Shown here: positions 51,539-60,365 of the stretch, piece after piece
How positions within the stretch are numbered: the stretch's first letter is position 1
Layout of the letters: the number at the start of each line of letters is the position of its first letter
Origin: an uncultured delta proteobacterium
Lineage (GTDB): Bacteria; Myxococcota_A; Polyangia; Polyangiales; Houyiibacteriaceae
DNA: 64,000 bases
Reading direction: 5' to 3'
Assembly: GCA_963699755.1 (NCBI GenBank)
Contig: CAVOVB010000002.1
Coordinates: 416,001-480,000 of the forward strand
Program-made: the position numbers and the translations under genes
Notes under the pieces: generated by a model
What the model was told of the DNA's origin: nothing
What the model saw: only the letters and a program-made list of their open reading frames with translations
The model's database searches: none

Positions 51539-52293
51539 CAGATGCGACCCTCCCAGCCACCGGAGGACCCCGCTGTGCGTTTCCGAACGGTGACGGTCGC
51601 ATGGTGCGCATCGAGCAGCGCGAGCGCATCGCGGATCTCTTGGCGCTCTGCGCCAGGCCATGCTTGCTCGGGAAGCTCGGAGCTGGCCTGCACCGCAACC
51701 CAACGGCGAAGCGCCTCCGCAGACAGGACCAAACGCCCCCCGCCACAGGCGCGGCACACGATTCCTCCGCGCGCTGCATCGAACGAAGCGGAGCGCCCTT
51801 GGGCTGGCATCTTACCGCAGCGGACACAGCGATCGAGTGTCGGCGCAAAGCCAAGCACTGCAAGCACTCGAATCTGAAGCGACAGTAGAGCTTCCTCTGG
51901 AGGGGCGCCCCCGTGGAGCGCCGTCAGGAAGCGCACTGCAGCGTCGAAGACGAGCGGCTCTGGTTCGTGGTCCGGTACGCGCTCTCGAATGACAGCGAGA
52001 GCTGCACCCGCTGCGCCAATCGCTTCGAGGCTTCGGAGGATGCCGTGAAACGATTGATCGACGGACACCCGCTCCAGATGGGCAAGCTCACCACGGCCTG
52101 GTCGAAAGTGCGCATTCATCAAGACATAGGGCTGCAGCGCGCCCCCAAATCGGCGCTGGCTCTTTCGCGCACCCCGCGCAAGCGCCGAAATCTTGCCGTA
52201 GCCCTCCGTTAAGAGAGTGACGATTCGGTCCGAGTCGCGGTAGTCCACGGAGCGTAAGAGGAGCGCTCGGCTCTGGCGGTGTCGACTTGGCAC
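51535..52293 (-). CDS. recO: DNA repair protein RecO
   Basis: DYRDSDRIVTLLT, ARGARKSQRRF, CxxC...CxxC. Confidence 0.93.
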   Translation of the reverse strand: MPSRHRQSRALLLRSVDYRDSDRIVTLLTEGYGKISALARGARKSQRRFGGALQPYVLMNAHFRPGRGELAHLERVSVDQSFHGILRSLEAIGAAGAALAVIRERVPDHEPEPLVFDAAVRFLTALHGGAPPEEALLSLQIRVLAVLGFAPTLDRCVRCGKMPAQGRSASFDAARGGIVCRACGGGRLVLSAEALRRWVAVQASSELPEQAWPGAERQEIRDALALLDAHHATVTVRKRTAGSSGGWEGRIC

Positions 52294-52700
52294 GGCGATA
52301 TCGAGGATAGCTCAATGGGCTCGTCCTGCGCAGGCGCACGCCGGACGAGCGCAAAGGTGGCCACGATTATGGCAAAAAGCGCCGCCGTCGTGATCGCTAG
52401 GACCAAAGCGCCGTAACCACGGCGGCTGTGCACTGTCGCCAGCGGCGCGGGCGGCAGGGTTTCCGGGCGCTTCGAGTCGAAGAGCGAGAGAACCTCGTTT
52501 GCATCGATGTCGACCGCAGACGCGTAAGCCTTGATGAAGCCGCGAACGAACACGCCGCTCGGGAGCTCTTCGAAGCGATCCTCTTCGAGCGACTCGAGCG
52601 TCCGACGCGGAATGCGCGTCGTCCTCGAAACCTCCTCAATCGAAAGATGGCGTGTCTCGCGCTCCGTCCTCAAGAAATCGCCGATCGAATCTCTCCTCAT
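52209..52700 (-). CDS. RodZ-like HTH membrane protein, short form
   Basis: IG..LR..RE, TRI, VFVRGFIKAYA, one TM. Confidence 0.8.
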   Translation of the reverse strand: MRRDSIGDFLRTERETRHLSIEEVSRTTRIPRRTLESLEEDRFEELPSGVFVRGFIKAYASAVDIDANEVLSLFDSKRPETLPPAPLATVHSRRGYGALVLAITTAALFAIIVATFALVRRAPAQDEPIELSSISPCQVDTARAERSSYAPWTTATRTESSLS

Positions 52701-53488
52701 CGCGAATCCTCTAGCAGTGTCTGACACATGCGACCGTCGTTCGAGTACGGGTCTAGCTCTATGCAGCGCTCCAAGTCAGCGACTGCGTCGCGACGATGAC
52801 CCAAACGAGCGCGCACCTCACCGCGAAGCCGCCAAGCGCCCTGGAGCTGCACGCTCTTCGAACAGGATGGATCCACTTGGAGCGCGCTCACGAGCGCACG
52901 CTCCGCGTCTTCAAAATGCTGCAGTTCCCAAAATGCCCTACCCATTGTGTAGTAGCCTACGCAAAATCGGGGTTGCATGCGGACTGCCTCCATCGTGGAT
53001 TTCACCGTTCCCTGATAATCCTCTGTATAGAACTGTGCCAGCCCGAGATTGCCCCATGCAAGATGTGGAGCTGTGTTCAGCTCATCCATTGCGGATTCCC
53101 GGAGTACGACGATGGCTTCGTCGTAACGACCCAGCTCGATCAGGCAGAGGCCGTAGATGTTACGAGCCTCCGCAAGTGTCGAACCACCACGCTTCTGTGT
53201 TTCGAGAAGCTTGATGCCAGAGGCCAAGTGCGGTTCCGCATTCTGGTAGGCTCCCCGCTCCATCTGGATGAAGCCCATGAGCAGGCGGGCCTCGGCATTG
53301 TTGGGGTCGAGCTCGAGCGCCGTGCGCAGATGCTCAATGGCAGCGGCGACCTGGCCTTCATCCCGAAGGCTGGCTGCGAGCTGAAACTCTCGATATGAAC
53401 GCTCCCCGTCTGGCGTCACCGCCTCCGACGTCGTCGCACACCCCACCGCCAGCCAAGCCAGCCAAACCAATCCCCAGGTTCGAAGCAC
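52697..53488 (-). CDS. TPR lipoprotein, Tgl/PilF-like pilotin
   Basis: Lipobox AVGC, about 6 TPRs, AWGNLG, PRFCVG. Confidence 0.7.
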   Translation of the reverse strand: MLRTWGLVWLAWLAVGCATTSEAVTPDGERSYREFQLAASLRDEGQVAAAIEHLRTALELDPNNAEARLLMGFIQMERGAYQNAEPHLASGIKLLETQKRGGSTLAEARNIYGLCLIELGRYDEAIVVLRESAMDELNTAPHLAWGNLGLAQFYTEDYQGTVKSTMEAVRMQPRFCVGYYTMGRAFWELQHFEDAERALVSALQVDPSCSKSVQLQGAWRLRGEVRARLGHRRDAVADLERCIELDPYSNDGRMCQTLLEDSR

Positions 53489-53537
53489 CGGATGGGTGTA
53501 CTGAGTGGCCAGGGCTCGGTCAAGAAGGGGTGTCGGA

Positions 53538-54192
53538 TTACCGACAGCGCCGGCCGTGACGCACGTCTTCCTTGAGAGAAAGGAGGACCTGAATCTGGCG
53601 AAGGGCCTCGGCATCGATGATGGTCATCGTCTGATCGCCCACCCGGAGATATTCACAATCGCGCAGCTGCGCGACGACAGCGTTGACCTGTTCGAGATCC
53701 ATTGCAGTACGAGTGGATAATTCAAGAATTGAGAGCTTGTGAGGGCGCCGGCCCGCCTCGTCGACCGCGCGTAGAAGCGTGTTCAGAACCCGGACTGTGG
53801 GATCCGCTGGAAGGAAGTTCTCGATCTGCTCCTCGGTCCTTTGCAGGCGGCGGAGCAGCTGCTCTGTGACACGCTTGCCGAGCTCGGGTCGGCGACGGAC
53901 GAGCGCCCGAAAGGTGTCGCTTTCGATCACCAGCGCGCTCACGGGCTCGATGGCCTGAGCGCTGGCGCAACGATGGGCGCCGGGAAGCAGAGCTTCTTCG
54001 CCGATGAGCGCGTCCGCACCGAAAAGGCCAACATCGCGCTCGGCGCCGCGCGCACGCTTGAAGAGCTGCACCTGGCCTTCGCGAATCAAATAGAGCTCGA
54101 TGGCAGGGGCTGCGGCGTAGTAGGGGGGCCTCCCCCGCCGAGAAGCTCCGGTAGTAGCCATGGATTCCGAACTCGTCAGCCGATTCCGCCAT
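53538..54192 (-). pseudogene. Crp/Fnr-family regulator with a +1 frameshift
   Basis: N-terminus MAESAD...RSFSAGEA in one frame, YY...ELYLIREG...IGEEAL in the next; junction at G6 (54123-54128); repaired length 217 aa. Confidence 0.7.
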
Positions 54193-54231
54193 CCGGCTTA
54201 GTTACCGCAGGACGAGGAAGGGTCGCAACCG

Positions 54232-55209
54232 TTATTCCACGAGGTGGCAGGCTACCTCGTGGCCCGGTTCAATCCGCCTAAGCCCGGGAACCTCCTGATC
54301 GCACAGACCCTTTCTCGCGATCGGACACCGGGGGTGGAACGAGCAGCCGCTCGGTGGATCGAGGGGGCTCGGAACGTCGCCCTCCAGCAGCAATCGCCGC
54401 TTGCGTGCGCGGGGGTCTGGCTCGGGCGCGGCGCTGAGGAGGGCCTCCGTGTACGGATGACGAGGCCTCAAGTAGATCTGTTCCGCGGTGGCGAGCTCGA
54501 CCAGACGCCCCAAGTACATGACGGCAACGCGACGGCTCACGTGTTCTACGACATGCAGATCATGAGCGATGAATAGGTAACTCAGGCCGAGCTCGTCTTG
54601 CAGATCGGCAAGCAGGTTCACGATCTGCGCTTGAATGGAAACGTCGAGGGCACTGACGGGCTCGTCGGCCACGATGAAGCTCGGGGAAACTGCGAGGGCC
54701 CGCGCAATTCCAATGCGCTGGCGCTGTCCGCCGGAAAACTCGTGCGGGTAACGGCGCATCTGCTCGGGCCGCAATCCCACGCGTTCTAGCAGGGCGGCGA
54801 TGCGCTGCTCTTCTTCCGAGGCTGAGCCTGCCCTCTGGTGCACGCGCAGCGCCTCGGCGAGCGCAGCTCGGACGGTCATACGCGGGTTCAGCGAGCTGTA
54901 CGGATCCTGGAAGATGATCTGCATCTTGCTTCGAAAAGGCCGCAACGCGGACTGCGACAAGCCCGTGAGCTCTCGGCCTTCGAAATAGACCCGCCCGCTC
55001 GTCGGCTCTTGGAGCCGCAAGAGCAAGCGGCCGAGGGTGCTCTTCCCACAGCCCGATTCGCCGACCAGCCCCAGGGTTTCGCCCTGCATCACGTCCAAGC
55101 TGACGCCATCGACGGCCCAGAGCTCCGCGTGCCCGCGCCCGATGCCCCGCGACGGACCACGGAACGACTTGCGCAGCGATTCCGCGCGAACGATTGCCTG
55201 CTCGCTCAC
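54232..55209 (-). CDS. oppF: Oligopeptide ABC transporter ATPase
   Basis: [37 protein letters not shown]. Confidence 0.9.
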   Translation of the reverse strand: MSEQAIVRAESLRKSFRGPSRGIGRGHAELWAVDGVSLDVMQGETLGLVGESGCGKSTLGRLLLRLQEPTSGRVYFEGRELTGLSQSALRPFRSKMQIIFQDPYSSLNPRMTVRAALAEALRVHQRAGSASEEEQRIAALLERVGLRPEQMRRYPHEFSGGQRQRIGIARALAVSPSFIVADEPVSALDVSIQAQIVNLLADLQDELGLSYLFIAHDLHVVEHVSRRVAVMYLGRLVELATAEQIYLRPRHPYTEALLSAAPEPDPRARKRRLLLEGDVPSPLDPPSGCSFHPRCPIARKGLCDQEVPGLRRIEPGHEVACHLVE

Positions 55210-56180
55210 GCCGACACCTCGGCACGAAAGCAGGCGACCTCAGACCGTTCGAGCTGCTGCAAAGTGGGCTCTTCGACACGGCAGAGCTCGGTCACGAGGT
55301 CGCAACGGTCCTGAAAACGACAACCGGTCGGCAACTTGCTCAGGTCGGGAACGATCCCGCGAATCGTTGGCAAGCGCTCCCCACGATTGCGGGCGCTCGG
55401 CAGACTGCGCAGTAGCCCGCGCGTGTACGGATGACGGGGCGTCTCGAAGAGCACCTCGGTTTCCGCATGCTCGACAATCTTGCCCGCGTACATGACAGCG
55501 ATCTCGTGAGCGAACTCGGCCATGAGACCGAGGTCGTGACTGATGAAGATGATGCTCATACCGAGCTCGTCTTGAAGTGAACGAAGCAACTCGAGAATCT
55601 GCGCCTGAATCGTCACGTCTAGCGCCGTGGTCGGCTCATCCGCAATCAATAGACGAGGCTCGCACGCCAGCGCCATTGCGATCATTGCGCGCTGTCGCAT
55701 GCCGCCCGAAAGCGTATGCGGGTACGAGTCGATCCGCTCCATCGGTGCGGGAATGCCGACCAGATCGAGGAGCTCTATCGCACGAGCTTTGGCGGCGCGG
55801 CGGCCCATGCTCCGGTGGAGCCGAATCGCTTCGACGATCTGCGAGCCAACCGTATACACCGGATTGAGCGATGTCATCGGCTCCTGAAAGATCATCGAGA
55901 TCTCGTTGCCTCGGAGGCTTCGCATCTCCGACTCCGGGAGCTGAAAGAGGTCGCGCCCGTCGAACAGGGCTTCGCCGCCTTCGATGAGACCGGGCGGACT
56001 CGGGATCAAGCGCATGATCGACAAAGAGGTCACACTCTTCCCGCAGCCGCTCTCCCCGACGATCCCGAGCGTTCGACCAGGAAACACGTCGAACGATATG
56101 TCGTCGACGGCTCTCAGATAGCCCTCATCCGTCTCGAACGCCGTGACCAGGTGGCGCAGGCTCAGCAGCGGTTCCGTCAT
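55206..56180 (-). CDS. oppD: Oligopeptide ABC transporter ATPase
   Basis: [34 protein letters not shown]. Confidence 0.9.
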   Translation of the reverse strand: MTEPLLSLRHLVTAFETDEGYLRAVDDISFDVFPGRTLGIVGESGCGKSVTSLSIMRLIPSPPGLIEGGEALFDGRDLFQLPESEMRSLRGNEISMIFQEPMTSLNPVYTVGSQIVEAIRLHRSMGRRAAKARAIELLDLVGIPAPMERIDSYPHTLSGGMRQRAMIAMALACEPRLLIADEPTTALDVTIQAQILELLRSLQDELGMSIIFISHDLGLMAEFAHEIAVMYAGKIVEHAETEVLFETPRHPYTRGLLRSLPSARNRGERLPTIRGIVPDLSKLPTGCRFQDRCDLVTELCRVEEPTLQQLERSEVACFRAEVSA

Positions 56181-56220
56181 GCGCCGCTACCTTAGCATCA
56201 GTCGAGAAATGAACGGATTT

Positions 56221-57033
56221 TCAGGAGCACGGAGCGAATTCGATCGACATACCGGGGCTCGGTGTTTGTTGGAACGCGCCTTCGGGGATCTCGGGGTTGA
56301 CCGAAATCGACTTCACGCGAACCGAGGTATCGGCATCATTGACCTTGTCGACGAAGCGCACGTTGGTCGGGAACGACTGTCCGTCGACTTCGATGTAGTC
56401 GTCGTAAATGGCTTCCCAGCGCGTCTGGCCATCGGGCGCCCGTTCGATGGACTGTCGAAGCGTTAGACGCTGCTCAGGCGGCGGCTTTTCGCGATCACCT
56501 TCGTGAACCGAAAACGAGACTTCTTGACTCGTCCCATCGGCAGCGACGAGCGTTACCACGTAGCGTCCCTCGCGGCAGATCATCGACTGCGCCGTAGCGT
56601 CGATCATCGGCGTATCGCCGGTCAGAACCCGGAGCACGTTCTCGGCATCGACCGAAATTCCCAGGATGCGGGCGATGTTCTCAGGGCAGGTCGGACCTTG
56701 AAGAAACGTGCCTTCACGCAGATCGCTGAGCTGAAATCTCTCCCCATCGCTGGTCAGGATTGCGACGGGACCGACCTGTGTCATCACGTCGAAGCGAACT
56801 CGGTTCGGCCGCTCCAAGAACATCAAGACGGTGCCGCGAATGCGTCCGCTTCGAGCCCATTGCGTCACCCGCGCTTCGGCTTTGATCGCATTCCAGCCAG
56901 CCTGTCGCTGCCTGTGATCGTCGAGCGCCTTGCGTGCATCGCTGCGCGCCTGAAGAGGACAGGCCGGAGCCGACTTGCAGCCCAGGGCAGCCAGCAAAAT
57001 CAGGAGCAACGCGGTGAGGCACGCGCGCGTCAC
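56221..57033 (-). CDS. Lipoprotein, LolA/LolB-like fold (DUF4292-like)
   Basis: Lipobox ALGC; ERPNRVRFD; Y..V.G..FP..V; VNPEIP..AF. Confidence 0.6.
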   Translation of the reverse strand: MTRACLTALLLILLAALGCKSAPACPLQARSDARKALDDHRQRQAGWNAIKAEARVTQWARSGRIRGTVLMFLERPNRVRFDVMTQVGPVAILTSDGERFQLSDLREGTFLQGPTCPENIARILGISVDAENVLRVLTGDTPMIDATAQSMICREGRYVVTLVAADGTSQEVSFSVHEGDREKPPPEQRLTLRQSIERAPDGQTRWEAIYDDYIEVDGQSFPTNVRFVDKVNDADTSVRVKSISVNPEIPEGAFQQTPSPGMSIEFAPCS

Positions 57034-58172
57034 TAGTCGTTTAGCGCTCCCAGGTTGATCCACTCTTCGACGACCTGAATGCGGCCTTCGCTGATCGAGC
57101 CACCAAGCGGCATCGGGTCGCCACAGGTCTGCACGTTGCGCATCTTTTGAATCATGATGGACCCGTCTGGATCGAAGGGAATCACGACGGTGCCCTGCCC
57201 TGCGCATGCACCTGGGTCAGCGGCCAATGCATCGACGACCGACGACCAGGATTCGGTCGGCCAGCTGCTCGTGTCTGTGGTATCGGCGCCGGTCAGATTG
57301 AGCGCTGCAAGGCCGGCTGCGCTGGCGCCACCTGGAATGTCCCCGTCGAGCGGGTTGTTCGGGTTTTGGTCGGTGCCATTGTTGCTCGGCCCGTGGCAGA
57401 TCACGCACTCGGTGAACATGATACTGAAGTAAATATCGCTCCAGTTCGGATCGGGAAGCTCTCCAGGCCCGCTATACACACAGATCTCGTCGTCGACGCT
57501 TTGGCAGAGCTCGAGCTCAAGCGCGACGGAGGGCGCAGTCTCCGTCCGCGCAATCGCAGGCGCTTCACAGGCAAGCCAGTTGCGAACGATCTCCTGTCCT
57601 TCGCTCGAATCGATCGAAGGCAGCTGTTCGCCGCTGGACTTGCGAACCCATGGAATGGTGCTCCGTACGCTTCGACCCACTGCACCAGGTGGCATCGAAC
57701 CCTGCCGAATTTCCTGGATCATCCCCTCGGCCCAATTCCGGACTTGGTTCTGATTGTCTTGCAGACCCTTTAGTCGCTGACAGTACGGAGTGTCGGTCCG
57801 GCCGCCTTCGCAGCTTTGGATCGGCTGAGCACAAGTTGAATCCTGTGACGCGTCGGTGCAGGCCAGATCCACGTCGAAGTTTAGCCCGCTCGGTGTGCCG
57901 AAGCGGTTGCCTCCGAGTGCAGACGGCGAGTGGCAGAAGGCACCATTACCGCAAGTCGATTGGACGATCGCCTGGCCCTCGTACATGGGGAGGCCGTCGG
58001 TCTCTCGATAGGCGATGTCGAACGCGGCCGGGCCATCGATCGGGCGCCCGTCCGCAGTCTCTCCATCGAGGTTGCACTCGCCGAGGTCACGCTTACAGCC
58101 GAACAGATTGGAGATACAAAAGGTCGTCGTGACGAACAGAAGAAAGAAATGAGGGGTGCGAACGCCACGCAT
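57033..58172 (-). CDS. c-type cytochrome lipoprotein, probably two haem domains
   Basis: Lipobox LFGC; CVICH + MPLG; CGNGAFCH + MPPG. Confidence 0.65.
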   Translation of the reverse strand: MRGVRTPHFFLLFVTTTFCISNLFGCKRDLGECNLDGETADGRPIDGPAAFDIAYRETDGLPMYEGQAIVQSTCGNGAFCHSPSALGGNRFGTPSGLNFDVDLACTDASQDSTCAQPIQSCEGGRTDTPYCQRLKGLQDNQNQVRNWAEGMIQEIRQGSMPPGAVGRSVRSTIPWVRKSSGEQLPSIDSSEGQEIVRNWLACEAPAIARTETAPSVALELELCQSVDDEICVYSGPGELPDPNWSDIYFSIMFTECVICHGPSNNGTDQNPNNPLDGDIPGGASAAGLAALNLTGADTTDTSSWPTESWSSVVDALAADPGACAGQGTVVIPFDPDGSIMIQKMRNVQTCGDPMPLGGSISEGRIQVVEEWINLGALND

Positions 58173-58229
58173 ATGGACGGGAAAATGCGTCTGTTGTCCC
58201 ACAGAGTCAAGCGAGTTGCACGAGGGCGC

Positions 58230-59039
58230 TCAGGCTGCGGGTCGCAGGTGTTCCAGGCGCTCGCGGAGCTTCTGACGGGCCCGGACCTCAAGCTGACGTA
58301 CCCGCTCCTTGCTGACGCCCATTTCGCGGCCGAGCGCCTCAAGCGTGCAGGGCTCGTCTGAAAGGATTCGTGCTTCGACGATCCGCTGCTCCCGGATGGT
58401 CAAGCTTTGCAATGCGGCATCCAGCGCGTCACGCACGTGGTTGATCGCCTCCGAACGTGCCACCGACTCTTCCGGCGTGAGCTCCCTATAACTCATGCGC
58501 TCCATTGCGGTCGGCGCGTCGCCGGCACCAGCGTCGAGAGAAAGGTCGCCCCTCGCCAGCAGGGGCCAAAGCTGCTTTGCACGCGTCAGGGGCATGCCGC
58601 TTTCTTCGGCCAGCGCCTGTGGCGACTCGACCGCCTTTCGCCGAAACGCGCGCATGGCGCGCCGCTCGGTTCGAGTAGTCCCCAAGCGGACGATTCGATA
58701 GGACCGCACGACGTAGTCGCGAATCTCGGCGCGAATCCAATACGCTGCATAGGTGATGAGCCGGCACTTCTTTTCGGGATCAAACTTCGACGCCGCCTTG
58801 AGCAGCCCCAGGTTGCCCTGCTGAACCAGGTCCTCCAGCGGAACCCCCCAGCGCCGATACTCGCGCGCGATCGCGATGACGAAAGGGAGGCTCGACTCGA
58901 TCAATCGGACCCCTGCCGATTCGTTTCCATCTGCCCAACTCTGCGCGAGCTCTCGTTCGGTTTCAGCATCGAGGATCTCGACCCGCTTGAGAGAAGCGCG
59001 GTATCGGTCCAGAGCCGTCGCCGTGATGATGGTCTCCAT
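58230..59039 (-). CDS. Sigma-32/RpoH-family sigma factor
   Basis: Region 1.2, DLVQQGNLGLLKA, TYAAYWIRAEI, GVSKERVRQLE. Confidence 0.9.
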   Translation of the reverse strand: METIITATALDRYRASLKRVEILDAETERELAQSWADGNESAGVRLIESSLPFVIAIAREYRRWGVPLEDLVQQGNLGLLKAASKFDPEKKCRLITYAAYWIRAEIRDYVVRSYRIVRLGTTRTERRAMRAFRRKAVESPQALAEESGMPLTRAKQLWPLLARGDLSLDAGAGDAPTAMERMSYRELTPEESVARSEAINHVRDALDAALQSLTIREQRIVEARILSDEPCTLEALGREMGVSKERVRQLEVRARQKLRERLEHLRPAA

Positions 59040-59053
59040 GTGCGAATCCCGGC

Positions 59054-59069
59054 TGCACTATTCGTGCCG
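59054..59069 (-). promoter_or_regulatory. Putative sigma-54 promoter CGGCACG-AATA-GTGCA
   Basis: GG-N10-GC spacing with GGCACG and TGCA matches, 14 nt before the sigma factor ATG. Confidence 0.55.
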
Positions 59070-59268
59070 AACCTCGGTGCATCGAAAACATAACGAAAAT
59101 CGCCAGGCCTGGGCACGAGGACGTGGCGTTTTGCCGCGCGCGGCAGCCTGTTCGCCGCGGCAGGCGGCGCAAGGTTGGCACATGAGGCGCAAATCTCGCA
59201 GGTACCGAAAATGCTGGAATTTTGCACGACTGCTTTGCCCAGGTGGGCAGCTATGCTAGTTTCGAGTC

Positions 59269-59526
59269 GTGGAAGTCGTCCTTCGCAAAGTAGGCCGGAA
59301 ATCGGGTCGAGCGGTGGTTGGGCGTCTACTGCGGCCACCGCGTAAGGGCTCCGTGGTGGTCATCGAGTTTGCCGATGGTCTGCACGAGTACGTCACGACG
59401 CCGGTGAAGCGCGTGCTTCAACTGTGCGGGCAAGACACCTACTACCTGCAGACTGCCAACAGCCGGTACCGCCTCGAGGTCCGTTCGAGCGAATCAGGCG
59501 TGGTCGATCAGCCGGTCGCGAACTGA
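59269..59526 (+). CDS. Small hypothetical beta-rich protein, 85 aa
   Basis: GC-rich third positions; TGCTAGTTT -10-like box 6 nt before GTG. Confidence 0.65.
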   Translation: MEVVLRKVGRKSGRAVVGRLLRPPRKGSVVVIEFADGLHEYVTTPVKRVLQLCGQDTYYLQTANSRYRLEVRSSESGVVDQPVAN

Positions 59527-60365
59527 GCTGAGCCCAGCAGTAGATCGCCGAGCTTGCCGACGAGCTCGTCGAGCACGGATTGCAGCCGCGTGAAGTCGTT
59601 CTGATTGACCTCGCTCGTACGCTCGTTGACGTACAGCGCGCGGTTGAGCTCGATCTGAACGGCGTGCTGGCCTCGCCTCGGCGCTCCATAGCGCGAGGTC
59701 GTCCAGCCACCGCGATACGGGTCATCGTGCTTCACACTGAAACCCGCTTCACGGAAGTGTGAATCGACCAAATCGATGATACGACCATCGGCAGTCGAGC
59801 GTCCGCGCGTACCAGGCACGACGTCGGCACGACGTGCTCGTCCCCCGCCGATCGTTTGACGCCCCGCGGAGGGCATCGAATGCGCCGCAAGGACGAGCAC
59901 TCGACCATGCCGCTCCCGTATCTGCGCTGCCTCCTCGCTCAGTGCTTGATGATACGGATCGTAGAACAGCTTGAGTCGTCTGCGGAACTGATCGATCGTG
60001 AGTGGCGCACGGAGCAGCGGTGTCCCATCTGTCCTCGCACGCCAAACGACACCGCGAGCCGGAATGTGGCGGCCTCTTGGATGCCTCGGCACAGCGGCCA
60101 AGTCGACCTCGTCCGGCCCACGATTGAGATCGACGACGTATCGCGACACGCGGGATACCAAGAGCGTGGCGCCGTTCTCGGGTGCGCGTTGGTAGAGCTG
60201 ATCGACGTAGATGTCGGAGTCGCGCAACACGGCCAGTGGCGTCGCCTCGATTTCCGATTCGACTTCTGGAGGAACCTGCAAGCCCGAGTGTGGCACCTCG
60301 ATTAGCACGGGGCTCGGACTCGTTCGTGGGCGGGTTAGCTCGACGTAGGACACGGGTGGGCTCAA
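59508..60365 (-). CDS. N-formylglutamate amidohydrolase
   Basis: VPHSG, SRYVVDLNR, PYH, HSMPS, PYRGG, QIELNRALY. Confidence 0.92.
   Translation of the reverse strand: MSPPVSYVELTRPRTSPSPVLIEVPHSGLQVPPEVESEIEATPLAVLRDSDIYVDQLYQRAPENGATLLVSRVSRYVVDLNRGPDEVDLAAVPRHPRGRHIPARGVVWRARTDGTPLLRAPLTIDQFRRRLKLFYDPYHQALSEEAAQIRERHGRVLVLAAHSMPSAGRQTIGGGRARRADVVPGTRGRSTADGRIIDLVDSHFREAGFSVKHDDPYRGGWTTSRYGAPRRGQHAVQIELNRALYVNERTSEVNQNDFTRLQSVLDELVGKLGDLLLGSAQFATG

Noticed and set aside
59176..59191. Second sigma-54-like site TGGCAC-N5-GCGCA on the + strand
   Set aside because: Weak -12 element; the downstream gene already has a well-placed -10-like box
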